A stretch of 30,845 bases of DNA from an uncultured Hyphomicrobiales bacterium (GTDB lineage Bacteria > Pseudomonadota > Alphaproteobacteria > Rhizobiales > Kaistiaceae), in contig CAYOUO010000050.1 in NCBI GenBank assembly GCA_964407155.1, positions 1-30,845 of the forward strand. Direction: 5' to 3'. The notes beneath the pieces were generated by a model, which did not search any database, was not told where the DNA came from, and saw only the letters and a program-made list of their open reading frames with translations. A program made the position numbers and the translations under genes. Shown one piece after another: positions 22,897 to 30,845 of this stretch (the stretch's first letter is position 1; each line of letters opens with the position of its first letter).

Positions 22897-23683
22897 GGGG
22901 CTCGTCGCGACGGCGCGCAACTATCTGACCGAAGTCCACGCGGTGGCGGATGCCGAGGTGCGCAAACTTCGGCATGACCCCAGCGAAATCCTCACACGCG
23001 CCATCCAGCCGGCGATCTGGCTGGTGCTCTTCGGCGAAGTCATGGCGCAGGTGCGCGGGCTCGCCGGCGGCAATGGACGCTATATCGACTTCCTGGCGCC
23101 CGGGATTCTCGCGCAGAGCGTGCTGTTCGCGGCGATCTTCTATGGCATTGCAGCCATCTGGGAACGCGACCTTGGCGTGCTCCATCGCTACATGGTGAGC
23201 CCGGCGCCGAGAAGCGCGCTGGTGCTCGGCAAAGCGGCGTCCTCGGCGGTCCGTGGCCTGTCGCAGGCGGTCGTCGTCTATCTGCTCGCACTGGCGCTTG
23301 GCATTTCGGTCAATCTCAGCGCCTTCAACATTCTGGGCGTCGCCGTCCTGATCGCGCTGGGCTCGGGGCTGTTCTCCACGTTCTCGCTGATCATCGCGTG
23401 CATCGTGAAAACCCGCGACCGCTTCATGGGCATCGGGCAGGTGCTGACCATGCCGATATTCTTCGCCAGCAATGCGATCTATCCGATCGACATCATGCCG
23501 GGCTGGCTGAAAGTGGTCTCCCTCGCCAATCCCCTCACTTACGAAGTCGATGCGCTGAGATCACTGATGCTGACCGGCGGAACGAGTGCTTACGGGATCG
23601 CGACGGACTGCGCGGTCCTGGTGGCGATCTCGGCAGTGCTTCTGGCGATTGCCGCGCGCATGTATCCCCGAATGACGTCGTAG
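22889..23683 (+). CDS. ABC-2 type exporter permease
   Basis: Six hydrophobic segments, FLAPGIL, WERDLG and NPLTY; 8-nt overlap with the ATPase gene. Confidence 0.93.
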   Translation: MAEGLVATARNYLTEVHAVADAEVRKLRHDPSEILTRAIQPAIWLVLFGEVMAQVRGLAGGNGRYIDFLAPGILAQSVLFAAIFYGIAAIWERDLGVLHRYMVSPAPRSALVLGKAASSAVRGLSQAVVVYLLALALGISVNLSAFNILGVAVLIALGSGLFSTFSLIIACIVKTRDRFMGIGQVLTMPIFFASNAIYPIDIMPGWLKVVSLANPLTYEVDALRSLMLTGGTSAYGIATDCAVLVAISAVLLAIAARMYPRMTS

Positions 23684-23686
23684 ACG

Positions 23687-24148
23687 TCAGGGAAGGGCCG
23701 CTTCCCTGGCGCCGCCGCGGCGCGCGTTCACGGTGACCGAGTAGACCAGTTCTTCGCCGAACATGAACAGGCCGATGTCGCAGAAGCGGTGGTTGCCGCT
23801 CTGGTGGCAATTGCCGACCGAATTGATCGCGGGATAGGTGATGGTGCAGGCGAAGCCCGGATACGAAAAGCCGGGCTGGACAGCATTCGGCTTGACCGGT
23901 TTTGCGATCGGGTCGGCGCGGCCGGTGAGATAATAAGTGCGCGTCGACTGGTTGCGCATAAGCAGACGCACCGTCGCCGTTGCCCAGGCATAAGTATCGG
24001 CGATGCCCATCTGCAGGTCATCGACACGCACGCCGGCGACGTCCGGATGCGTCGGCTGGCAGGAAAACAGGCCATCGGCGCGCGCAACCGTTGTCGTCGC
24101 CAGCGCGGCCAGAACCAGCAATCCCGCCCTTTTCACCCCTGTCTTCAT
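23687..24148 (-). CDS. Secreted Cys-containing protein (153 aa), possibly Ig-like (DUF11/CARDB-like)
   Basis: MKTGVKRAGLLVLAALATTTVARA signal; four Cys; ATVRLLMRN and CDIG..GE...VTVNA strand pattern. Confidence 0.65.
   Translation of the reverse strand: MKTGVKRAGLLVLAALATTTVARADGLFSCQPTHPDVAGVRVDDLQMGIADTYAWATATVRLLMRNQSTRTYYLTGRADPIAKPVKPNAVQPGFSYPGFACTITYPAINSVGNCHQSGNHRFCDIGLFMFGEELVYSVTVNARRGGAREAALP
23688..23708. terminator. Hairpin at the convergence of the ABC permease and secreted-protein genes
   Basis: CAGGGAAG-ggccg-CTTCCCTG, 8-bp stem. Confidence 0.4.
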
Positions 24149-24280
24149 AGCCACTCCACGCCGTCCTCCGCGGCGCCGCACGTTGGAGCGAGACTACCAC
24201 AGGTCGCGTCTCCGGCCAGCCTCTCCGGTTTCGGCCGGCTGGGGTTCCATGCGATAAGCCGTGGTGCAGGCGAGGGCGTA

Positions 24281-25180
24281 ATGGCGGCTGATCAGCGGGA
24301 AACGGCGGCGGCAGAGCGGGTTTCGCGGCTGCCCATCTGGAAAGGGACCGTCAGCCCGTCGCGGCTCGCCGGCGGCATCACCAACCTCAATTTCAGCGTG
24401 ACGGATGCCGGTGAGCGATTCGTCGTCAGGGTGGGCGAAGATATTCCCGTCCATCACGTGCTCCGTTTCAACGAAACGGCAGCCAGCCGTGCCGCAGCCG
24501 GCGCCGGTGTATCGCCGGAGGTCATCCATGCCGAATCCGGAATTCTTGTCATCCGCTACGTCGATGGTGCGACGCTCACGGCAGCCGATGTCCGCGAACC
24601 GGCGCGGCTCATGCGGATTGTCCAACTCATCGGCCGGGCGCATCGCGAGGTGCCACAACATCTGCGCGGACCGCTGCTCGTCTTCTGGGTATTTCATGTC
24701 ATTCGCGACTATGCGCACGCATTGAACGAACTTGGCAGTCGCTATGTGGCGAAGTTGCCGGCGCTGGTGGCAACCGCAGAAGAACTGGAACGTGCGGTGG
24801 GGCCGATCGATCTTGTATTCGGCCACAACGATCTCCTCCCGGCCAATCTCATCGACGATGGTGACCGCATCTGGCTCATCGATTGGGACTATGCCGGCTG
24901 GAATTCGCCGCTGTTCGACCTCGCCAACCTGGATTCCAACGCCGAGCTTGATCCCGACAGCGAGCGGCTGGTGCTCGAAACATATTACGGGCGACCGGCT
25001 GATGCGGCGCTGATCCGGAGCTACACCGCGATGAAGTGCGCCTCCCTGCTGCGCGAGACATTGTGGGGCATGGTGTCGGAGCGCACCTCGCGCCTTGCAT
25101 TCGACTACGCCGCGTACGCCGAAGATTACCTCGCGCGGTTCGAGCGGGCGGACGCTGAACGGCGGAATACGAATTTATGA
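24281..25180 (+). CDS. Choline/ethanolamine kinase-like phosphotransferase (APH superfamily)
   Basis: GGITNLNF, Brenner motif HNDLLPAN, and IDWDYAG; start ATG 24281 with GAGGG upstream. Confidence 0.9.
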   Translation: MAADQRETAAAERVSRLPIWKGTVSPSRLAGGITNLNFSVTDAGERFVVRVGEDIPVHHVLRFNETAASRAAAGAGVSPEVIHAESGILVIRYVDGATLTAADVREPARLMRIVQLIGRAHREVPQHLRGPLLVFWVFHVIRDYAHALNELGSRYVAKLPALVATAEELERAVGPIDLVFGHNDLLPANLIDDGDRIWLIDWDYAGWNSPLFDLANLDSNAELDPDSERLVLETYYGRPADAALIRSYTAMKCASLLRETLWGMVSERTSRLAFDYAAYAEDYLARFERADAERRNTNL

Positions 25181-27633
25181 CGCTCCCAACCCATGCCGAA
25201 ATCGTCGTGATCGGCGGCGGCATCATCGGCTGCTCGACCGCCTATCATCTGGCGCGCGATCACAAGGTCGACGTGGTCCTCATCGACCGCGCGCGGCTGA
25301 CCGGCGGCTCGACGTGGCATGCCGCAGGGCTGGTGGGCCAGCTCCGCTCGTCGGCATCGATCACGCAGGTGCTGCGCTATTCGGTCGGTCTCTATGAAAA
25401 ACTCGAGGCGGAGACCGGACTCGCGACCGGCTGGCGGCAGACGGGGTGTCTCCGGCTCGCGACCAATGCCGACCGCTGGATGGAGTACAAACGACAGGCG
25501 ACCACCGCGCGGTCGTTCGGGCTCGACATGCACCTCATTTCGCCGGCCGAGGCGAAGGCGCTGTGGCCGCTGATCGAGACGCGCGATCTGGTGGGCGCGA
25601 CTTTCATGCCGAGCGACGGGCAGGCGTCGCCCTCCGATATTGCGCAGTCGCTGGCCAAAGGCGCGCGCAATCATGGTGCGAAGCTGGTCGAGGGCGTCAC
25701 CTGCACCGGGTTCGACATCCATGACGGCCGGGTAACAGGCGTGCACACGGACCACGGCACCGTCGTCTGCGAGAAGGTGGTGCTGTGCGCGGGGCTCTGG
25801 TCGCGCCAGATCGCGGCACTGGCAGGCGTCAGCGTGCCGCTGCAAGCGGTGCAGCACCAGTACGTCATCACCGAGAAAATGGACGGCATCACGACCGGCA
25901 TGGCGACCATCCGCGATCCGGACCTCAGGACGTACTTCAAGGAGGAAGTCGGCGGCCTCGTCTTCGGCGGCTACGAGCCCAACCCGCTCGCGTGGTTGCC
26001 CGAAGGGCAATCCGGAGATGCGCCCAATCATTTCGAGTTCCAGCTGCTCGAAGACGACTGGGACCATTTCGAACAGCACATGGAGGCGGCGCTTGCGCGT
26101 ATTCCGGCGCTGGCAAATACCGGCATCAAGCAGATGATCAACGGGCCGGAGTCGTTCACCCCGGATGGGAACTTCATCCTGGGCGAGGCGCCGGAGGTGC
26201 GGAATTTCTTCGTCGGCGCCGGCTTCAATGCATTCGGCATTGCATCCGGCGGCGGTGCTGGCTGGGTGCTGGCCCAATGGGTGAAGAGCGGCGAGCAGCC
26301 GATGGACCTGTGGGTCGTCGACATCCGTCGCTTCTCGGACCTGCACAGGGACCGCGCGTGGACTCGCGAGCGCACGCTCGAAGCCTACGGCAAGCATTAC
26401 ACGGTCGCCTATCCATCGGAGGAATACGAAAGCGGGCGCCCCCGCATCGTCTCGCCGCTCTATGAACGCCTGAAGGCGCGTCGCGCCGTCTTTGGCTCGA
26501 AGCTCGGCTGGGAACGGGCCAACTGGTTCGCGCCTTCGGGCATCGAGGCGGCGGACCGCTATTCCTTTGGGCGCGGCAATTGGTTCGAGGCAGTGGGCAA
26601 TGAACATCGGGCGGCGCGCGGGCGTGTGGCGCTGTTCGACCAGTCGTCGTTCGCGAAATTCGAGCTGAAGGGGCGGGACGCCGAAATGGCGCTGTCGTGG
26701 ATTGCCGCCAATGATGCCGCCAAGGCACCGGGCAGGCTGATCTATACGCAGCTGCTCAACTCGCGCGGTGGCATCGAATGCGACCTGACCGCGGCGCGGC
26801 TGCGCGACGATCTCTACTACATCGTCACCGGCACCGGTTTCCGCACCCATGATTTTGCGTGGATCCACCAGAACATTCCGGCTGGTCTCGACGCCACGCT
26901 CAGCGACGTCACGGAGCGGTATGGCACGCTTTCGCTGTTCGGGCCGCGCGCCCGCGATGTGCTCGCTGCCGTCACCGAGGCCGATGTTTCCAACACCGCG
27001 TTCCCATTCGGGCACGTGCGCGAGATCGACGTCGCGGGCCGACCGGTGCGAGCACTTCGGGTCACGTATGTCGGGGAACTCGGCTGGGAGCTGCACCTGC
27101 CGATCGGGGACACCGGCGCGGTGTTCGATGCGCTCATGGCGGCGGGTGCCGCGTATGGAATCACGCCCGCCGGGTATCGCGCGATCGAATCGCTCCGGCT
27201 GGAAAAAGCCTATCGCGCCTGGGGCCAGGACATCACGCCGAACGACGATCCCTTTCAGGCAGGACTGGGCTGGGCAGTGAAGCTGAAGTCGGCGGCGCCC
27301 TTTCTCGGGCGCGACGCGCTTGTGGCGCGGGTGAATGCGCCGCTCGCCAAGCGGCTGACGACGTTCACCGTCGCCGATCCGGAGGTCATGCTGCTCGGCA
27401 GGGAGACAATCCTGCGCGATGGCGAACGGGTCGGCTATCTCACGTCAGGCGGCTGGGGCTACACCATCCGAGCCAATATCGGCATGGGATACGTGCGGAA
27501 TCCGGCCGGCGTCAGCGACGATTTTCTGAAAACCGGCACCTACGAACTCGAGGTGGCGCGCCAGCGCGTGCCGGCCGAACTGCATGTCGGCGGGGTGCTC
27601 TACGATCCCGCGATGGCGCGGGTGAAGGCCTAG
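25177..27633 (+). CDS. GcvT-family FAD-dependent oxidoreductase (dimethylglycine/sarcosine dehydrogenase-like)
   Basis: VIGGGIIG, GSTWHAAGL, NGPESFTPDG, FDQSSFAK, ELGWELH, SLRLEKAY; ATGA overlap with the kinase gene. Confidence 0.93.
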   Translation: MTLPTHAEIVVIGGGIIGCSTAYHLARDHKVDVVLIDRARLTGGSTWHAAGLVGQLRSSASITQVLRYSVGLYEKLEAETGLATGWRQTGCLRLATNADRWMEYKRQATTARSFGLDMHLISPAEAKALWPLIETRDLVGATFMPSDGQASPSDIAQSLAKGARNHGAKLVEGVTCTGFDIHDGRVTGVHTDHGTVVCEKVVLCAGLWSRQIAALAGVSVPLQAVQHQYVITEKMDGITTGMATIRDPDLRTYFKEEVGGLVFGGYEPNPLAWLPEGQSGDAPNHFEFQLLEDDWDHFEQHMEAALARIPALANTGIKQMINGPESFTPDGNFILGEAPEVRNFFVGAGFNAFGIASGGGAGWVLAQWVKSGEQPMDLWVVDIRRFSDLHRDRAWTRERTLEAYGKHYTVAYPSEEYESGRPRIVSPLYERLKARRAVFGSKLGWERANWFAPSGIEAADRYSFGRGNWFEAVGNEHRAARGRVALFDQSSFAKFELKGRDAEMALSWIAANDAAKAPGRLIYTQLLNSRGGIECDLTAARLRDDLYYIVTGTGFRTHDFAWIHQNIPAGLDATLSDVTERYGTLSLFGPRARDVLAAVTEADVSNTAFPFGHVREIDVAGRPVRALRVTYVGELGWELHLPIGDTGAVFDALMAAGAAYGITPAGYRAIESLRLEKAYRAWGQDITPNDDPFQAGLGWAVKLKSAAPFLGRDALVARVNAPLAKRLTTFTVADPEVMLLGRETILRDGERVGYLTSGGWGYTIRANIGMGYVRNPAGVSDDFLKTGTYELEVARQRVPAELHVGGVLYDPAMARVKA

Positions 27634-27681
27634 TCCGCACGGTGCTTGCACACCTGAGTAGGCGCGGAGGCCCCCGCGGCG

Positions 27682-27687
27682 TATAAT
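27682..27687 (+). promoter_or_regulatory. Perfect TATAAT -10 element 7 nt before the cyclase ATG (leaderless candidate)
   Basis: ...gcgTATAATcgcaggcATG; no SD at normal spacing and no good -35. Confidence 0.5.
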
Positions 27688-27694
27688 CGCAGGC

Positions 27695-29107
27695 ATGGGC
27701 GAAACCGAATCCCTGTTTTCCCCACTTCGGCGGACGGCTGACGCGGCGACCGTCGCTGCCATGGAGCAGCTCGTCGCCAGCGGCAGCGACCGTGACCTCA
27801 ACCGCATCAACGTCCTTGCATTTGCGCAGCAGCATGGCCTCAACGAAGAGGCAGCGATTGGGGCTTTTCTCCACGCCGCGCGCCTCGGCATCTTCGATAT
27901 GGCGTGGAATGTGCTCTGCCCGGGCTGCGGCGGCGTTCTCGGCGCGAATGCCAGCCTGAAGAGCGTCCACGAGGACGTCTATGCCTGCCGCCTCTGTGCC
28001 GCCGACTACGAGCCCACGCTCGACGAGCGCGTCGAGGTCGTTTTCACCATCAGCCCGCGCCTGCGGCGGATCGCGGCGCACGATCCCGCCACCCTGCCGC
28101 CGTTCCAGTATTTCGCTCAGGTGTTTTGGAGTTCCGGCGTCGATCTGCCCGCAGACGACGCGCTGGAGCGAGCGATGGCCGACGCCACTCTCGATATCAT
28201 CGAACTGCCCGCTGGCGAGAAGGCGTTCCTCACTGTGCTCTTGCCAGAAGGCGAGATCGCCTGTTTCGAGCCGGTGACCCATGCCGCGCACTTCTTCACC
28301 GTCTCCGGCGAACCGACCCGCGAGCGACAGAACCTCGCCATCACCTACAATGAATTCAGTCCGCCCAGCGGTTTCGACAAGATGCGGCCGGGGCCGTTGC
28401 GCATCGCTTTTGAAAACAAGGCGGCGACGCGCGTCATCCCCTCGATCTGGGTGCGCAACGATCGCATGTACGCGATCCTCAATCGCCGCCGTCCCTTCCT
28501 CACGGCCAAGCGCGTTCTCTCCAACCAGACCTTCCGCGATCTCTACCGCACCGACGCCCTCGACATCGATCAGCGGCTGAAAATTCTGAGCCTGACCTTC
28601 CTCTTCACCGACCTCAAGGGATCGACTGCGCTGTACGAGCGCGTCGGCGATCTCGCCGCCTACGATCTGGTGCGTTCGCATTTCCATGTGTTGCACGACA
28701 TCGTGGCGGAGGAGACCGGCGCGGTGGTGAAGACCATCGGCGATGCAGTGATGGCGACGTTCGTGACGCCGGATCATGCGCTGGTCGCGGCGCTGCGCAT
28801 GCGCGAGGGGATGGATCGGCTGAACCGGGAGCGCGGGCACCAGGACCTGATGCTGAAGATCGGGATGCATGAAGGCCCGTGTCTCGCGGTCAACCTGAAC
28901 GACCGGCAGGATTTTTTCGGCCAGACAGTCAACATCGCATCGCGGGTGCAGAATCTCGCGGTCGACCGGTCTATCTTCGCCACCGAGCCGGTGGTGAGAA
29001 ACGATGCCGTGGCGGCGCTGCTCGCGGCGAGCCATCTTTCGCCGGTGGCGCGCGACACCATCCTCAAGGGCGTCAGCGAGCCTGTGCGCATCTACGAAAT
29101 TCCCTGA
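27695..29107 (+). CDS. Soluble class III adenylate cyclase with N-terminal DUF5939-like domain
   Basis: Catalytic motifs FTDLKGST, VKTIGDAVMA and DFFGQTVNIASR; Lys/Asp specificity pair indicates ATP; N-terminal CPGC...CRLC; no TM segments. Confidence 0.88.
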   Translation: MGETESLFSPLRRTADAATVAAMEQLVASGSDRDLNRINVLAFAQQHGLNEEAAIGAFLHAARLGIFDMAWNVLCPGCGGVLGANASLKSVHEDVYACRLCAADYEPTLDERVEVVFTISPRLRRIAAHDPATLPPFQYFAQVFWSSGVDLPADDALERAMADATLDIIELPAGEKAFLTVLLPEGEIACFEPVTHAAHFFTVSGEPTRERQNLAITYNEFSPPSGFDKMRPGPLRIAFENKAATRVIPSIWVRNDRMYAILNRRRPFLTAKRVLSNQTFRDLYRTDALDIDQRLKILSLTFLFTDLKGSTALYERVGDLAAYDLVRSHFHVLHDIVAEETGAVVKTIGDAVMATFVTPDHALVAALRMREGMDRLNRERGHQDLMLKIGMHEGPCLAVNLNDRQDFFGQTVNIASRVQNLAVDRSIFATEPVVRNDAVAALLAASHLSPVARDTILKGVSEPVRIYEIP

Positions 29108-29179
29108 TGCCCGCAAGGCGGGGCCTCATTTCGGCGATACCGGAACGATCCGAATTCGGGTACCACTGCGCCAGTGGCG

Positions 29180-30628
29180 ATGAGCGAGGAAGGCCATCCG
29201 GTGATCGTGCCCGTGATCTTGTGCGGCGGCGCGGGGACGCGCCTTTGGCCGGTGTCGCGCGAGGATGCGCCCAAACCCTTCATCCCGATCATCGACGGAC
29301 AGACAACTTTTGCGATGACGCTCGAGCGCGTGGCCGATCCCGGCCTCTATGCGGCACCCATCGTCGTGGCTGGGGTTGCGCAGCGCCGCCTCGTCGAGGA
29401 GGGCCTGAGATCCGCCGGCGTGGCGGGGACCGTGATGCTGGAGCCGGAACGCCGCGACACCGGCGCGGCGGTGACGGCGGCAGCCATATTTGCCGCCGCG
29501 CGCGATCCCCACGCCACGATTCTCGTCCTCGCTGCCGATCATGTCATTCGCGACGTGGCTAAGTTCCGGAGCGTCGTTGGCGCTGCCTTGCCGGCGGCCG
29601 ATGACGGCCACATCGTCGTGTTCGGGCTGAGGCCGACCTATGCGGCGACGGGATTCGGGTATATCCGCGCCGGCGATCCGGTTGGCGGAGAAGCTGTGCG
29701 AGCAGTCGCCGCGTTCGTCGAGAAGCCGGACCTGGCGCGGGCGGAGCAGTTCGTCGCCGAGGGGCTGCTCTGGAACTCGGGAATCTTTCTCATGAAGGCG
29801 ACGACGGCGCTCGCCGAAATGCGGCACCATGCGCCCGAAATTTTCAAAGCCGCGGAGGCCGCGCTCGGGCGCGCCGAGGCCGATGGCGATGCAGTCCTGA
29901 TCGACCGCGTCGCGTTTGCGGCCGCACCGAAGCGTTCCTTCGACTACGCGGTGATGGAGAAGACCGACCGCGCGGCGGTGGTGTCTGCCGACTTCGACTG
30001 GTCGGACGTCGGCACCTGGGCGGCCGTCTGGGATGGTGCAAGCAAGGACGCCGATGGCAATGTCGTCGTCGGTGATGCCTACACGGTGGACAGCCGCAAT
30101 GCCTACGTGACCACTGACGCTTACCGCGTCGGTGTGGCGGGGATCGACGACGCGGTGGTGGTGGCGTCGGCGGGCGCCGTGCTGGTCACCACGCGGCAGC
30201 ATTCCGGCGCGGTGAAGGAACTCGTGGTTGCGATGGAGCGAGCGCCGGAGAAGGTGATCGGCGATTTCGTCCGGCACTTCCGACCGTGGGGATACTATCA
30301 GGCGCTCGATTGGGGTGCGCAGTACCAGGTGAAGCGCATCGTCGTGAATCCCGGCGCGCGGCTTTCGCTGCAGAGACATCAGCATCGTGCCGAACGGTGG
30401 ACGGTGGTCGAGGGCACGGCCGAGGTCACTGTCGGAGCGGACAGAACCTCGCTGCAAACGACGCGACTTGCGGTCGGCGGGCACGTGAAGATTCCGAAGG
30501 GCGCCATCCACCGCATGGCCAATCCCAGTACTACGCCGATGACCATCATCGAGGTGCAGACCGGGGAGTACCTCGGCGAGGACGACATCGTGCGTCTCGA
30601 GGATGATTACGGCAGGCAGGCGCGGTAG
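29180..30628 (+). CDS. manC: Bifunctional mannose-1-phosphate guanylyltransferase / mannose-6-phosphate isomerase
   Basis: PVILCGGAGTRLWPVSR..PK, LEPERRDT, FVEKP, WNSGIF, WSDVGTW, then cupin RPWG, LSLQ.H and GEDDIVRLED. GTG 29174 is an alternative start. Confidence 0.94.
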   Translation: MSEEGHPVIVPVILCGGAGTRLWPVSREDAPKPFIPIIDGQTTFAMTLERVADPGLYAAPIVVAGVAQRRLVEEGLRSAGVAGTVMLEPERRDTGAAVTAAAIFAAARDPHATILVLAADHVIRDVAKFRSVVGAALPAADDGHIVVFGLRPTYAATGFGYIRAGDPVGGEAVRAVAAFVEKPDLARAEQFVAEGLLWNSGIFLMKATTALAEMRHHAPEIFKAAEAALGRAEADGDAVLIDRVAFAAAPKRSFDYAVMEKTDRAAVVSADFDWSDVGTWAAVWDGASKDADGNVVVGDAYTVDSRNAYVTTDAYRVGVAGIDDAVVVASAGAVLVTTRQHSGAVKELVVAMERAPEKVIGDFVRHFRPWGYYQALDWGAQYQVKRIVVNPGARLSLQRHQHRAERWTVVEGTAEVTVGADRTSLQTTRLAVGGHVKIPKGAIHRMANPSTTPMTIIEVQTGEYLGEDDIVRLEDDYGRQAR

Positions 30629-30683
30629 CCCTGTTCCGGCAAAGCGCTCCGTTTCCCGCTCCCTGGGAGCACGTCGTGGCTGA

Positions 30684-30845
30684 TCAGTTCCCGCGCATAG
30701 CCGAAAGCTCGCGGCGAAGAAGTTTACCATTGGCCGACCGCGGCAGGGCCTCGACGAACAAGACTCGCTTCGGCCGCGTGTACGGCGCGAGCTCTCCTAC
30801 GCCGTGCGCGAGGATCGCCGCCTCGTCCGCCGGGGCGCCGGCACG
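30684..30845 (-). CDS. 3' end of an AMP-binding acyl-CoA synthetase/ligase (truncated by the window edge)
   Basis: Hand translation ...LAPYTRPKRVLFVEALPRSANGKLLRRELSAMRGN* (TGA at 30684-30686), containing the ANL A10 motif LPR..NGK. Confidence 0.85.
   Translation of the reverse strand, partial: RAGAPADEAAILAHGVGELAPYTRPKRVLFVEALPRSANGKLLRRELSAMRGN

Noticed and set aside
30340-30420. ManC cupin motif variant HRAERW instead of the usual HRxEHW
   Set aside because: A single substitution with the other motifs intact; I cannot establish that this His is a metal ligand, so loss of PMI activity is not supported.

Overview
GC-rich alphaproteobacterial chromosome segment; gene order and protein style suggest Hyphomicrobiales/Rhizobiales (inference). 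Bases 1-14.2 kb are mostly housekeeping: def, fmt, truA; the dapE/dapD/argB/yihA/yidC/rnpA/rpmH cluster on the minus strand; a flavoprotein plus orphan histidine kinase; tRNA-Arg(ACG). Bases 14.2-30.8 kb are accessory/metabolic: pobA, an envelope methyltransferase locus, an ABC-2 exporter, a choline-kinase-like gene coupled to a GcvT-family flavoprotein, a class III cyclase, manC, and the 3' end of an acyl-CoA ligase. The best candidate for an undescribed system is 15.5-22.0 kb. It has two Tat-signal protein-L-isoaspartate O-methyltransferase (PIMT) paralogs in inverted orientation and a ~14-TM membrane protein whose predicted periplasmic spermidine-synthase-like domain is degenerate and carries a 3x Asn-Gly-Asp repeat. 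It also has a secreted beta-rich protein, a secreted alpha/beta hydrolase, and a pair of palindromic operators. Together these suggest a periplasmic SAM-dependent methylation or isoAsp-repair system. The two PIMT genes share a perfect 70-bp inverted tract, consistent with gene conversion or inversion. Other points: an unannotated 52-aa ArfA-like ORF divergent from def; fmt lacks a canonical in-frame start codon before its conserved N-terminus; the flavoprotein has lost both redox cysteines. No CRISPR array, integrase or IS element was seen. All family calls come from motifs recognised by eye; no searches were run.
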